A stretch of DNA of 64,000 nucleotides. It comes from Octopus vulgaris (lineage: Eukaryota). A program made the translations under genes and the position numbers. Of this stretch, positions 25,909-38,350 are shown in pieces (position 1 is the first letter of the stretch; each line of letters starts with the position of its first letter). The DNA is taken from assembly GCA_951406725.2 (NCBI GenBank), contig OX597817.1, positions 10,912,001-10,976,000 of the forward strand, in the 5' to 3' direction. Below the pieces are notes generated by a model. The model searched no databases and was not told the DNA's origin. It saw only the letters and a list, made by a program, of their open reading frames with translations.

Positions 25909-27691
25909 GTCTCGTGTACACACTTCATCATCATCATTTAGCGTCCGCTTTCCATGCTGGCATGGGTTTGACAGTGCAACTGGGGTCTGGGAAGCCAGAA
26001 GGCTGCACCAGTCTCGTGTACACCACTTAGTTAAAAAAAAAAAAAAAAAATTTACTGGTTTTGAAAAAATGTTGACAACCTAAGTTTCTAAACTTATCAT
26101 CATCATCATCGTTTAGCGTCCGCTTTCCATGCTGGCATGGGTTTGACAGTGCAACTGGGGTCTGGGAAGCCAGAAGGCTGCACCAGTCTCGTGTACACCA
26201 CTTAGTTAAAAAAAAAAAAAAATTTACTGGTTTTGAAAAATGTTGACAACCTAAGTTTCTAAACTTATCATCATCATCATCGTTTAGCGTCCGCTTTCCA
26301 TGCTGGCATGGGTTGGACAGTGCAACTGGGGTCTGGGAAGCCAGAAGGCTGCACCAGTCTCGTGTACACACTTAGTTAAAAAAAAAAAATTACTGGTTTT
26401 GAAAAAATGTTGACAACCTAAGTTTCTAAACTTATCATCATCATCATCGTTTAGCGTCCGCTTTCCATGCTGGCATGGGTTGGACAGTGCAACTGGGGTC
26501 TGGGAAGCCAGAAGGCTGCACCAGTCTCGTGTACACACTTAGTTAAAAAAAAAAAAAATTACTGGTTTTGAAAAAATGTTGACAACCTAAGTTTCTAAAC
26601 TTATCATCATCATCGTTTAGCGTCCGCTTTCCATGCTGGCATGGGTTGGACAGTGCAACTGGGGTCTGGGAAGCCAGAAGGCTGCACCAGTCTCGTGTAC
26701 ACACTTAGTTAAAAAAAAAAAATTACTGGTTTTGAAAAATTTTGATAACCTAAGTTTCTAAACTTATCATCATCATCGTTTAGCGTCCGCTTTCCATGCT
26801 GGCATGGGTTGGACAGTGCAACTGGGGTCTGGGAAGCCAGAAGGCTGCACCAGTCTCGTGTACACACTTAGTTAAAAAAAAAAAAATTACTGGTTTTGAA
26901 AAAATGTTGACAACCTAAGTTTCTAAACTTATCATCATCATCGTTTAGCGTCCGCTTTCCATGCTGGCATGGGTTTGACAGTGCAACTGGGGTCTGGGAA
27001 GCCAGAAGGCTGCACCAGTCTCGTGTACACACTTAGTTAAAAAAAAAAAAATTACTGGTTTTGAAAAAATGTTGACAACCTAAGTTTCTAAACTTATCAT
27101 CATCATCGTTTAGCGTCCGCTTTCCATGCTGGCATGGGTTTGACAGTGCAACTGGGGTCTGGGAAGCCAGAAGGCTGCACCAGTCTCGTGTACACACTTA
27201 GTTAAAAAAAAAAAAATTACTGGTTTTGAAAAATGTTGACAACCTAAGTTTCTAAACTTATCATCATCATCATCGTTTAGCGTCCGCTTTCCATGCTGGC
27301 ATGGGTTGGACAGTGCAACTGGGGTCTGGGAAGCCAGAAGGCTGCACCAGTCTCGTGTACACACTTAGTTAAAAAAAAAAAAAAATTACTGGTTTTGAAA
27401 AATGTTGACAACCTAAGTTTCTAAACTTATCATCATCATCATCGTTTAGCGTCCGCTTTCCATGCTGGCATGGGTTGGACAGTGCAACTGGGGTCTGGGA
27501 AGCCAGAAGGCTGCACCAGTCTCGTGTACACACTTAGTTAAAAAAAAAAAAAATTACTGGTTTTGAAAAAATGTTGACAACCTAAGTTTCTAAACTTATC
27601 ATCATCATCATCGTTTAGCGTCCGCTTTCCATGCTGGCATGGGTTGGACAGTGCAACTGGGGTCTGGGAAGCCAGAAGGCTGCACCAGTCT
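25909..27691. repeat. tandem array of ten 163-175 bp units plus one short lead unit, each unique spacer + RTE tail
   Basis: Unit starts (gtctcgtgtac) at 25909, 26011, 26186, 26357, 26524, 26690, 26853, 27018, 27183, 27350, 27519. Confidence 0.95.
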
Positions 27692-28068
27692 GATCTGGCA
27701 ATGTTTCTACGGTTGGATGCCCTTCTTAATGCCAACCACTCCATGAGTGTAGTGGGTGCTTTTTACGTGCCACCTGCACAGGTGCCAGACGGGGCTGGCA
27801 AATGGCTACGATCGGATGGTGCTTTTACGTGCCACCGGCACGGAAGCCAGTCAGGGCGGCACTGGCAACGGCCACGTTCGGATGGTTCTCTTATGTGCCA
27901 CCAGCACTGATATCACAGCAACAATTTCCATTCATGTTGATCAATTTTGATTTTTTGACTTTCACTTGCCTCAACAGGTCTTCACAAGTAGGGTTTTGTG
28001 TCCCAAGAAGGAAAGGTATGCATAAGTGGACTGAGGCCATGGGTGATGGTCTCACTTGTCCTGCCGGA
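27597..28068 (-). mobile_element. RTE LINE 3' fragment (parent copy of the tandem array)
   Basis: Last array unit continues into gatctggcaatgtttctac...ggatgcccttc and the UTR subrepeats. Confidence 0.75.
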
Positions 28069-28317
28069 CAAGATTCAAAAAGTTGGAGATGGCAAAAAAT
28101 ACATAAATGAGCTGCACTGAAGTTGGAAAGGGGTTAAAGAGGAAACAAAAGCAGCAATAAATGTTTTTAAAAAAACAAAAAATCTATTTATTAAAAACCA
28201 GTGAATAGTTAATGCTAGTGATAGATATACCAGTAACAAGAAAGAACCAGTAAATGTTTATAGAAGTTTACTTTTATCTGTTTCTATAATTACCTAAAGT
28301 TTAATTAGTAAAACAAA

Positions 28318-28731
28318 AAGAATTTGTCTTATGAAGAAAGGCTGAAGACGCTCATCCTTTATTCTCTAGAAAAACGCTGCCGCCGTGGTGATCTCATTCT
28401 TGCTCACAACATCATAAGCGGAAAGTGTAACCTCTCGAAAGAGCTGTTCTTCACTCCTGCTCCAGAGTGTCGGCTGCGGGGTCACTCCGAAAAGCTCTAT
28501 CTGCGACGATTTCATCTCAATTGAAGGAGAGGGGCTTTCTCCGTCCGGGTTGCGGATCCGTGGAATAAGCTGCCAGACGAGATGGTGAAGATGCCGACGA
28601 CCGCTCGGTTCAAAGTCTCCCTTGACCACAAGTGGCCTGAACTCTTTATATGAACACCACCCTGTACATAACTCCATGTCCCCCTACATGGCCTTGCTTT
28701 TTGCTGTTTGAGCCAAAAAATTAACTAACTC
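28318..28731 (+). mobile_element. CR1/L2-type LINE 3' fragment
   Basis: LSYEERLKTL..YSLEKR.RRGDLI...RGH..KL...WNKLP; ttaactaact tail. Confidence 0.85.
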
Positions 28732-28844
28732 AAGACGTGCTGTGTTTGATACTGTATTCTCTGAGTTACCATTTGATGTGGCTTGTTCATCACAACAGCA
28801 TTTGGTCAACTGCTGTTTTAAGCTTACTATTATGGTTAGTTTAG

Positions 28845-29067
28845 GCTTTAGCATTTAAATCAGCCAAATCCCACTCAAATATTTTCCCCATTTTATGTTC
28901 ACATTGGTCAAATCCAGCTTCTCACACCAACCCTGCAATATCAATCTAAAAATAAACTATCACAGAATTGAAATCTCAAAGCTACAAGATAACGTGAGAT
29001 AAATTCAGAACAATTTGAATAAAATAAGCATTATATTTAACAGAATAATCTGAATCCTATAGTTAAA
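28845..29067. mobile_element. piggyBac-like MITE family 2, degenerate, reverse orientation
   Basis: Reverse complement similar to 21385-21593. Confidence 0.5.
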
Positions 29068-29580
29068 TCATCCTACCCTAAGATGATTGTTATAGAATCA
29101 AAACACTGAATATTTTCTCCAAGGATCAACAAGTACTTTTTTTTTCTCACTTTATTCAGCCTAGAGACATTCTTCAACCTTACAAAAGGTATGTAAATTT
29201 AAGATATGAAAATAAATCTCGAGCGTAAATTTGTCTATAGGAAAACTTCCATTCTCTCTCTTTCTCACACACACACATACATATAATCATAATCCACAGT
29301 GAAAGTAATACTATGAAATCGTTTGGTCAAGATTTCTTTTAAAATATTTCTTTCATATGTGTCCAAATTGGCTGTGTCTACCAACTGTTTTTTTGTATAT
29401 AAGTTGCAAATTATCTACAATATATACATAATTCATTCACAATCAGATAGCTATTATGTTCGTTAAAAAATAATTTCAACACGATTTTTCTTCTATTTGA
29501 TACGAAAGAATTAAGCTTAGAAGCATTATTGCTTTATAAGCTTACTAAAGCTGCCAAGAATTGAGGAAGATAGAAAATAT

Positions 29581-29682
29581 TCACTGGAAAGTTTCTGCAA
29601 TCAACCGCTGGGCTTCTTTCTGGTGTTCTGTAGCAATTCCAACAGCTGCCGTTGCTAATGTTCCTCTCCCAACATAATGCAA
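29581..29682 (-). CDS. DHTKD1: DHTKD1 terminal exon: LHYVGRGTLATAAVGIATEHQKEAQRLIAETFQ*
   Basis: ttttctacag acceptor, TGA stop; aligns to the DHTKD1 C-terminus LxxVGRxxLxxxAVGIxxxH. Confidence 0.93.
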   Translation of the reverse strand: MHYVGRGTLATAAVGIATEHQKEAQRLIAETFQ

Positions 29683-29713
29683 CTGTAGAAAAGAAATCAG
29701 AAATAGAGATTAA

Positions 29714-30324
29714 CCCTTTCGTTACTGTATTTATTTTGAGATGCTCTGTGTTTCTTTCAATTACTTTAAGTATAACAAAGTATCCTCTGTGTGAAAAGTC
29801 TGGCTGCATACACGTTAGCATATGTCAGGTGCATACAATTGACAACACAGTTAATTAAGATTTATTCAGTGAGTTCTATTCAACACCTGTTTACACGTGG
29901 AATCCATTAGATGAGGGCATTTTCAAAGTTTTGGCCGATAAAGTTGAACTGAAAAACCCTACAACAAGGCATGATTTGCATGAAGCAGTCTTACAGTCTT
30001 GGGAAGAGCTATCTGAGCAGAAAATTCATGGATGTATTCAACATCAAACTCATGTTCAGCGTCAAATGGTTGACTGTCGTGGTGGGAACAGATTCGTGTA
30101 ATAAATTTTGTGTTTATTTTTGTTTCATAATACATATTTTTGCGGATGCAGCCAGATTTTTCACACTGAGGGTATTTAGTAAAATAACTTAGTTATCATT
30201 CAGCTAGTGTTAAGAACATAAATTGTGACTAAGGTTTGGTGGAAGATTTTAATCCAAAATTTATGAAAACAAGACATTTGTCTCAGAGCCAGAGCTGGTT
30301 TCAGCCAGGTTGGTAACAAAAGGG
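29714..30324. mobile_element. piggyBac-like MITE family 1 carrying a nested Tc1/mariner derivative
   Basis: TTAA-ccctttcgttac ... gtaacaaaaggg-TTAA; sequence resumes after a 390-bp insert. Confidence 0.75.
29783..30172 (+). mobile_element. internally deleted Tc1/mariner element with transposase C-terminal remnant
   Basis: TA TSD; TIRs cctctgtgtgaaaagtctggctgcat / atgcagccagatttttcacactgagg; frame WNPLDEGIF...LHEAVLQSWEELSEQKIHGCI...RGGNRFV*. Confidence 0.75.
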
Positions 30325-30794
30325 TTAAAATTTTGTTTTAGTAATATAACTAATATTGTATACAGTTTTTATGGAAACAGTATCTGAAACCTTTCTATTG
30401 GTTAAATGAGGTCCTACGATGATAGTCTTCTTTATCCCTTAATCCAACTTTGTTGTTCCTTCATGATCTATCACTTTCCCCTCTTTATCAAGGAAATCTC
30501 TCTATTTAATTCTTTTACGCTGTATCTTTTAGATTCAATGTCTCTAACCATTACTGTATGCTCCAATAACAGACTATGACTAATCTGCTCATATGATAAT
30601 GCTCCTAATTAAGCTGAGATTAAGTTTCAATTTCTTTGCACTACCAATGTGTTCCTTATCTTTTTGGCTCTAAAAAAAATATAGAACCATTTATAGTAAA
30701 ACAAAAACTATTACAAGATACTAACCCCATACTCAAAAAACTGCTTGACAACTTGTCTCAAGATATTTTCCTTCTTTTAAGGACTTTCATATTG

Positions 30795-31247
30795 ATTTCA
30801 AATTTTGGCACAAGGCCAGCAATTTCTGGGGAGGAGGTCAGTCGATTAGATTGACCTGAGTGTTCAACTGGTACTTATTTTATTCACCTCAATAGATTGA
30901 AAGGCAAAGTCAACCTTGGTAGAATTTGAACTGAGAGGGAGCCAGTCGATTAGATAGACCCCAGTATGCAACTGGTACTTTATCAACCCCGAAAGGCAAA
31001 ATTGACCTTGGTGGAATTTGAACTCAGAACATAGACATGAAATATTTTTTTCTACTCTAGGTACAAAGCCCGAAACTTTTGGAGAGGGGGGGCCAGTCGA
31101 TTAGATAGACCCTAGTATGCAACTGGTACTTTATCAACCCCGGAACTCTTTTGCCTGGCGTGCTAATGTTTCTGCCAGCTCGCCACCTTTGAAATATTGC
31201 TAAGCATTTTGCTCGGTGTGCTAATAATCTTGCCAGCATGCTGCCTT
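30795..31247 (-). mobile_element. nested/composite Nin-domain SINEs
   Basis: Three partial cores; inner copy flanked by TSD tgaaatatt. Confidence 0.65.
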
Positions 31248-33813
31248 ACCAGACTATTTCATAATAACATTATCAAAACCCCATCCAATGCTTAAACTTC
31301 CTTTTCAAGGTCCACAAGTAAAGAGTGTTTAGTGTATATGAGATGATATATTTCCAATTATTTCAAAAAGAGAAAAAAAAAAATCTATACTCTAGTCCAT
31401 ATATTCCCCCAATAAAGACTTTAATCCTTTATAATTCTGCTGTATCCACTCTAAATTGGTTGCTATTCAGAAGTTGTTTGTAACAAAATCCATAGCATTA
31501 ACTTCATTTTTTTTGTATCACCTGTGTTATTTCTCCTTCTCCCTGAGAACAGTTTTCTGTGGTTCAGTTAAATGTATGATTCAATTATCAATCTTATTTT
31601 CTAGTTCCTGTTGGAGCCTCCCCCCCCCACTTCTTAATGAATATTTTCCTAATGTAAACTATTAGAGGGTCAATAAGTAAAGTTAATTGTTTTACTTCCA
31701 CTGACGACTGAAATTCTTGGAGTTGTCTCCCTTTTTCAACTGGAGAAAGTTGATTAATCCCTAAATTTTTTTCCCCCTCTCCTCACTAAATTTTACAGCA
31801 ATTATTTCTGGTGCTTAGTCTCCTTGAAATGAGATTCTTTTTCATTAATTTATTATAGTTAGCTTGACATCTGATCAGTAGTTGAAGACCTGAATGAGAA
31901 GGGGAAAAAGCTCAACCTAATGCAATTTTTAAGGTAAGCAGAAAGGTCTGAGAAAAGCAAGGTGGGGAAATGTGAATCTAACAACCGTTGATATATGAGC
32001 CCGCAAAAGAGTTTCTATAGCTACTCAACCCGTGAGAAATAACTGCCAAATCTTCCTCAAATCCTGCCTCCTGATTAGCCCTTTTGTTGAAAATGTAATG
32101 CCCTTGTTGCAGTTAATTTTGAAAATAAGACTAGTAAACTAACTTTAAGTTTGTTCCAAACATAAATGAAATTTTGATGGAATTTTATGTTAGATCACTT
32201 TAAAACAAAGTTTATATCATAGACCCAAAGATGTTAAAAAGTAAAGAAGAAAAGACCTAAACTTCTTACTCTATTTTACATGGTTTGGTCAGAAGGAAAA
32301 GAAATCCCCATAAATATTTTTCAGGTCCCTCTGAAATTTGTTGAGGATAACTTCCACCTACCAGAGATGTAGACTGAAATAACTGCAATAGTTTATTCTG
32401 ATAAAGGTATCTTATGCCCAGATGATGGTTTAGTCTGTACCCCAGTAACAAGAATGGTCCTTTTTTCAAGAGCCTATCACAGCTTCTGTCTACCAAACTT
32501 CAATTATAAATTTATGGTAGGAGACACTTGCTGAAGGGGTTGTGCAGTGGAATTGAACCTGAAACAACAGTTGCAAAGTGAACTTTTTTTAATCAGTCAT
32601 GTTTGCATTCATGGAATATAAGATGAGGTGGTCCTGATTGGATTGCCTTTCATGGTAGATCTATTCAGTTCGTTGACCTGGCCGAAATAACTACTCATTT
32701 AATCACTCGGCTACTTTGGCTCTATAATTAGAGGTAAAAGGTTTATGGGTTTTATAAGAATATAAATTACTCAATATCAATATCTTGTCCTTATTGACCA
32801 AAGAAAAATGAAAAAAAACATGAGAGTAGTATTTGAAAACTAGTATCCAACAGCTTCATAATGATTACAAAGACAAAGTAAAGATCACATCTCTTATAGT
32901 GAGTATTGAAAGAAAAAAAAATGAAGAGTAGATTTCCTTCCTCTTCTGTGGCCTTATATTATCATTGGTAACAATGCACTTTCATTCAAAACTAAGAACT
33001 GAAAACAATTCTAGTGTGTTGTTATGAAGAGCAAATCAGAACAGAATTCCCCATAATTGCAGACCACCTTTTGAAAATTACAGACTTGACCGTGTCTTTA
33101 CATAGTAATTACAGAAGGAAGTTCCTCTTAAGCAGTAGCAGTTATTAATAAAGAGAAATAAATGATACACGTTTGTATTTTGATTCTAAAAGCAAAACTT
33201 GGGAATAATTTTGCTCAGTAAACAGGAAGTGCCGAAAATTAAACGTTTCCTGTTTTGTAATTTTAGATTTTTGTTTGTTTGTTTTTTGTTTATTTTTTAT
33301 AGAGTGGTAGATTGGACAAATCATTAGTCTCGGACAACACATCTCATGATATTTAGTTCCTGCACTTTATGTCCTGTGTTCAAATCATACTCAGGTCAGC
33401 TTTGCTATTCATCCTTTCAGGGTTGAGAAAAGACCCTCCCTTTATAATTACTGGCTTTGTGCCTAAATTAGAAATTACCAGTTTGTTACATGCTACTAGG
33501 TTGGTGGAGTTGCCCCACTCTGTTTTGCAGCCTTGCTTTATGGGACTGGGATCATCCCAGGTTAGTGGTCCCAGAGGCATCATTGTATGTAGGGCCTACT
33601 GGGTCCACCAGTAAGCCCCCTTTGCTGGCAGTCCCATGCTACCCCTCTGTATCCACCAAAGTGACATTGAGCCCTTGGAGTCTCGGCTAGGGACATGCAA
33701 GGGTCCGTTCTGATGCTCAATTTGGTTTCTTCTGGTCAGTGCCATAACAAGTTGAGGGTTCTTCTGGGGTGGTGGGGTGGAAGAATTATTACAGCATCAG
33801 AAAAAATTCTTTG

Positions 33814-34043
33814 TCGAGCTGGCAGAACCGTTAGCACGCCGGGCGAACTGCTTAACGGTATTTCGTCTGCCGTTGCGTTCTGAGCTCAAATTCCGCCAAG
33901 GTCGACTTTGCCTTTCATCCTTTCGGGGTCGATAAATTAAGTACCAGTTACGCACTGGGGTCAATATAATCGACTTAATCCCTTTGTCTGTCCTTGTTTG
34001 TCCCCTCTATGTTTAGCCCCTTGTGGGCAGTAAAGAAATAGGT
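33814..34043 (+). mobile_element. Nin/Deu-domain SINE inserted in an older relative
   Basis: cgagctggcagaaccgttagc head ... gtaaagaaatagg tail; older copy continues to ~34160. Confidence 0.8.
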
Positions 34044-34622
34044 ATTTGTTCCAGCTCTTAATATTCTGAGTTCAAATCCTGCTAGGGCCAACACTGCCTT
34101 TCATCCCCCCTGGGTTGATAAAATATTAGTCATGTATTGGAGTCAATGTAATTGACGAATCTAGTTTTAAGTTTGTCTGAAGCCTTTTTATTTCAATTAC
34201 TCTGCTAATGCTTTTCAGAAATGAGGAAATAGCAATCTATTTTCAAATCTTAAACGGGATAAACTCAGTTATGTGTCTTTAAAGGATAACCATTGGGTTC
34301 TGGGCTTGATTTCAGAGTTTGTCTTCTAGCATAAGCTGAGGCTGACCAAAGTCCTGTACATGTATCCTTGCTTTGACATTACATGACAGTATAAACAAGT
34401 GTCAACGTCATGCAAACAGTATCCAATCTTCCATGACAACATGTCTGGTCATGGGTGAATATTACCTTACTTGGAAACAGGTGAGGGGTCATGAAGAGGA
34501 AAGGCAGCTGGCTGGAGAAAATCTGCCTCAACAAATTCTATCCAGCTCCTGTAAGCATGAAAAGGTGGATGTGACGATGATGTCGGTGATGAGAATATTA
34601 CAGATATTTGAAGATAACTTAC

Positions 34623-34708
34623 TTTAAAGGCTAAAAGATTCTGAAATCTTGGTGCTACAAAACTCCAAGGTCCCATATTTCGATGTTCTTCTTGACTCCA
34701 AATAAACT
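34623..34708 (-). CDS. DHTKD1: DHTKD1 exon: (E)[28 protein letters not shown]
   Basis: ttgcag acceptor, GTAAGT donor; [15 protein letters not shown] motif. Confidence 0.96.
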
Positions 34709-34909
34709 CTGCAAAGTAGAAAACAGAAAAAACAAAAACAAGTTTATTCTAAATATGCTTGAAATGTGAAGATAGACATCAACCCTGAAGGAATGTATGT
34801 GACTCTATTAATAAGTAATCTCAGCATTTATATCAACTCAGTCATATCTGCTTTTATTGAAAGATAAATATAAATGACCTAAAAAAAAATCCAACATGAA
34901 TTGTACACA

Positions 34910-35575
34910 TGCAGAGCAGCTGTGTGGTAAGTAGCCTGCTTACCAATCACATGGTTCCAAGTTCAGTCCTGCTGCATGCCACCTTAGGCAAGTGTCTTCT
35001 ACTATAGCCTCGGGCTGACCAAAGCCATGTGAGTGATTTGGTAGACGAAAACTGAAAGAAGCCCATCGTATATATATATATATATAACAAATTAATAAAT
35101 AAAACATATGCATATATACATACATGTATGTACGTACCTACATATACATGTATATATACATGCATATATGGGTACAGGACACCAGACGTTTTTTTGGTGT
35201 CCTGTACCCATATATGCATGTATATATACATGTAGATGTAGGTATGTACATACATGTATATATGCATATGTTTTATTTATTAATTTGTTATTATATGACG
35301 GAACGAACGCATCCAGTTCTAAGTAAGTTTGTTCTATATATACATATATATATATGGGTGTGTGTGTGTGTCTGTGTGTCCCCACCTACCATCACTTGAC
35401 AACTGATGCTGGTGTATTTACATTCTCTTTACTTAGCAGTTCGGCAAAAGAGACCAATAGAATAAGTACTAGGCTTACAAAGAATAAGTCCTGGGGTCAA
35501 TTTGTTTGACTAAAAGTGGTGCTCTAGCATGGCCACAGTCAAATGACCGAAACAAATAAAAGCAAAAGAGTAAAA
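34910..35575 (+). mobile_element. SINE family A containing a fold-back insert (35084-~35336)
   Basis: Head and tail match the consensus; foreign palindromic insert in the central microsatellite. Confidence 0.8.
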
Positions 35576-35791
35576 TGGATAGGAGTATTACCACACTCAG
35601 TCTAAAAACCACCAACAGTTGCAAGTTCTCAAATACAGCTGCAACACATTGGTAGGATATCTACAAGTGTATCAAAGGAGATCATGGTTTCTTAAAAGTA
35701 CAATTTAAAGCTTTAGGTAATCTTTAAGCCTTTAGCATTCATCTTTCTTTGTCAAATGTAATGCTTATTTGTTCACATTGTTTTGAATTAA

Positions 35792-36178
35792 GCTCTTTTA
35801 CTCTTTTACTTGTTTCAGTCAGTTGACTGCAGCCATGCTGGAGCACCGCCTTTAGTCGAGCAAATCGACCCCAGGACTTATTCTTTGTAAGCCTAGTACT
35901 TATTCTATCGGTCTCTTTTGCCAAACTGCGAAGTTACAGGGATGTAAATACACCAGCATTGGTTGTCAAGCGATGTTGGGGGGACAAACACAGACACACG
36001 TATATATACATATATACGACGGGCTTCTTTCAGTTTCCATCAACCAAATCCAATCACAAGGCTTTGGTCGGCCCGAGGTTATAGTAGAAAACACTTGCCC
36101 AAGGTGCCACGCAGTGGGACTGAACCCAGAACCATGTGGTTAGTAAGCAAGCTACTTACCACACAGCCACTCCTGCGC
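35792..36178 (-). mobile_element. SINE family A inserted in a piggyBac-like MITE family 2 (~35728-36428)
   Basis: MITE sequence (ttttgaatta | atcatgcatt) resumes after the SINE. Confidence 0.75.
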
Positions 36179-36459
36179 TTATCATGCATTATTTCATAGC
36201 TTCAAGATTTCAGTGATGTGATGGTTTTAGTTTTAGAATGACATTGTAGGGTAGGTTCGAGAGGTTGGATTTAGTTAGTTTCAACATAAAACAAGAATGT
36301 TTGGGCCAGATATGTCAGAATTAAATGCTCATCATCCTTTAACTAACCTATGGTTGGCTGGAAGTCCATTGACAATCCCTTTCGGCACTACACGGTCCTG
36401 CATTGCTGCATTAAACGCTAAAAGGTTAATCCTATCTGAGTGTTATTCACCAGTTTGTT

Positions 36460-36999
36460 ATACTCTTTACTCTCTCTTTTACTCGTTTCAGTCATTTGAC
36501 TGTGGCCATGCTGGAGCACCGCCTTTAGTTTAGCAAATCGACCCCAGGACTTATTCTTTGTAAGCCTAGTACTTATTCTATCGGTCTCTTTTGCCAAACT
36601 GCTAAGTGACGGGGGCTGTAAACACACCAGCATCGGTTGTCAAGCGATGTTGGGGGGACAGACACATACACACATCATCATCATCATCGTTTAACGTCCG
36701 TTTTCCATGCTAGCATGGGTTGGACGGTTCAACTGGGGTCTGGGAAGCCAGAAGGCTGCGCCAGGCCCAGTCTGATCTGGCAGTGTTTCTACAGCTGGAT
36801 GCCCTTCCTAACGCCATATATACATATATATATACGACGGGCCTCTTTCAGTTTCCGTCTACCAAATCCACTCACAAGGCTTTGGTTGGCCTGAGGCTAT
36901 AGTAGAAGACACTTGCCCAAGGTGCCATGCAGTGGGACTGAACCTGGAACCATGTTGTTGGTAAGCAAGCTACTTGCCACACAGCCACTCCTGCGCCTT
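36460..36999 (-). mobile_element. SINE family A with an RTE tail (36673-36816) in its central microsatellite
   Basis: Consensus interrupted by (cat)n-RTE segment. Confidence 0.8.
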
Positions 37000-38044
37000 A
37001 TAAACAAATACAATTAATAAAATATTATATGCAACAGGTTTCTATACATTTTCTAATTATTTAACTTTAAAACAGACTTCTGATGAAGTTCCTTGCAAAA
37101 GACTGCTCCAGCAATCTTTTGTTTGACTTTTAGTGCACCAAAAAGTCTTTAAGACAGAGAACCATTGTACTATACAATACATTTAATATCGCAGTCTTGC
37201 TGGGACAGAAACGAAAATGATTTTTTTTTAGAGCAAGCTCTGAGGAAGACAGAGTTGATTAAATTGACCTTACCATTTACTGGGCTTCGTTTGTGCCAAT
37301 GAGAGAGCCTTCGTCTGCTAAAAATGGTAGTCAAATCTCATCTTGTTATTTTTAATAAAGGAAGTATACTTTGTGTATTGTGTAATGTGGTCTTAGATAC
37401 AAGGGTATCGGGGGAAAATGGGATGGTCAAGGCTGGAACACCTTTCTTTGTAGGTCAGCACATTTCAAGAATCCATCTGGCCATTTTCTCCAGTTTGAAT
37501 ATCCACATCACATTGTAACATAAACAATTGAGGTGGGTGAAGGGTATCTATATGTGTATATTTCCTCACGTGCATTCGTGTATGTTGTCAATGTGTATGT
37601 TTGTGCGTGGATGTGTGTATACATGTGTACAAGTGTGTGTGCGTGCGTGCGCGCGCCAAAAATCACTGTCATCAAAACAGGCTGAATGTCCAGTCAGCCG
37701 TGCCAAATCACCAGAGTCCAAAGAGCTGCGCCCATTTGTCTCATTCCGACCGCTTAACACTATTACTGCTGAAATAGTGCAAACCTCCGGTCAAAGTTAC
37801 TCTTCAATAGTACACGATGTCATAATTTCTGTATTGTATGGGTTCAATTTACTAAAAACACGTTATCCATTTGGTGTTATTTATATGCTGTTCTAGTCAC
37901 GCACAAGTCACACCCAGACGTCTTGAAAAGAAGCGGGTGAGTCACAGCTTAAACACCTTTGATAATAGACTTGTTCAATGAGGCTTAACCTAGGGATAAA
38001 TAGCTTCAGTGTGGAATAATTGAGTTCAGGTTGGAGGCGCTCCT

Positions 38045-38080
<36 letters not shown>

Positions 38081-38081
<1 letters not shown>

Positions 38082-38350
38082 CATCATCATCATCATCATT
38101 TAACGTCCGCTTTCCATGCTAGAATGGGTTGGACGATTTGACTGAGGGCTGGCGAACCAGATGGCTGCACCAGGCACCAATCTTGATCTGGCAGAGTTTC
38201 TACAGCTGGATGCCCTTCCTAACGCCAACCACTCCGAGAGTGTAGTGGGTGCTTTTATGTGCCATCAACACGGGGGCCAGTCAGGCAGTACTGGCAGCGA
38301 CCTTGCTCAAATCTTTACACATGCCACCGGCACAGGTGCCAGTAATGCGG
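38081..38350 (-). mobile_element. RTE LINE 3' fragment
   Basis: (cat)n plus RTE tail consensus. Confidence 0.7.

Noticed and set aside
25909-27691. CRISPR-like repeat/spacer appearance
   Set aside because: Spacers are identical, units are ~167 bp, there are no cas genes, and the context is eukaryotic; it is a tandem repeat.
33219-33256. Inverted aaacaggaa/ttcctgttt ETS-like pair
   Set aside because: Only a 9-bp inverted match; not distinguishable from chance without conservation data.
33540-33770. GC-richer stretch with short ORFs
   Set aside because: No recognisable motif or convincing splice signals; probably an old TE fragment.
37075-37175. CTGATGAAG hammerhead-like start
   Set aside because: No stem II closed by GAAA and no matching stem I found.
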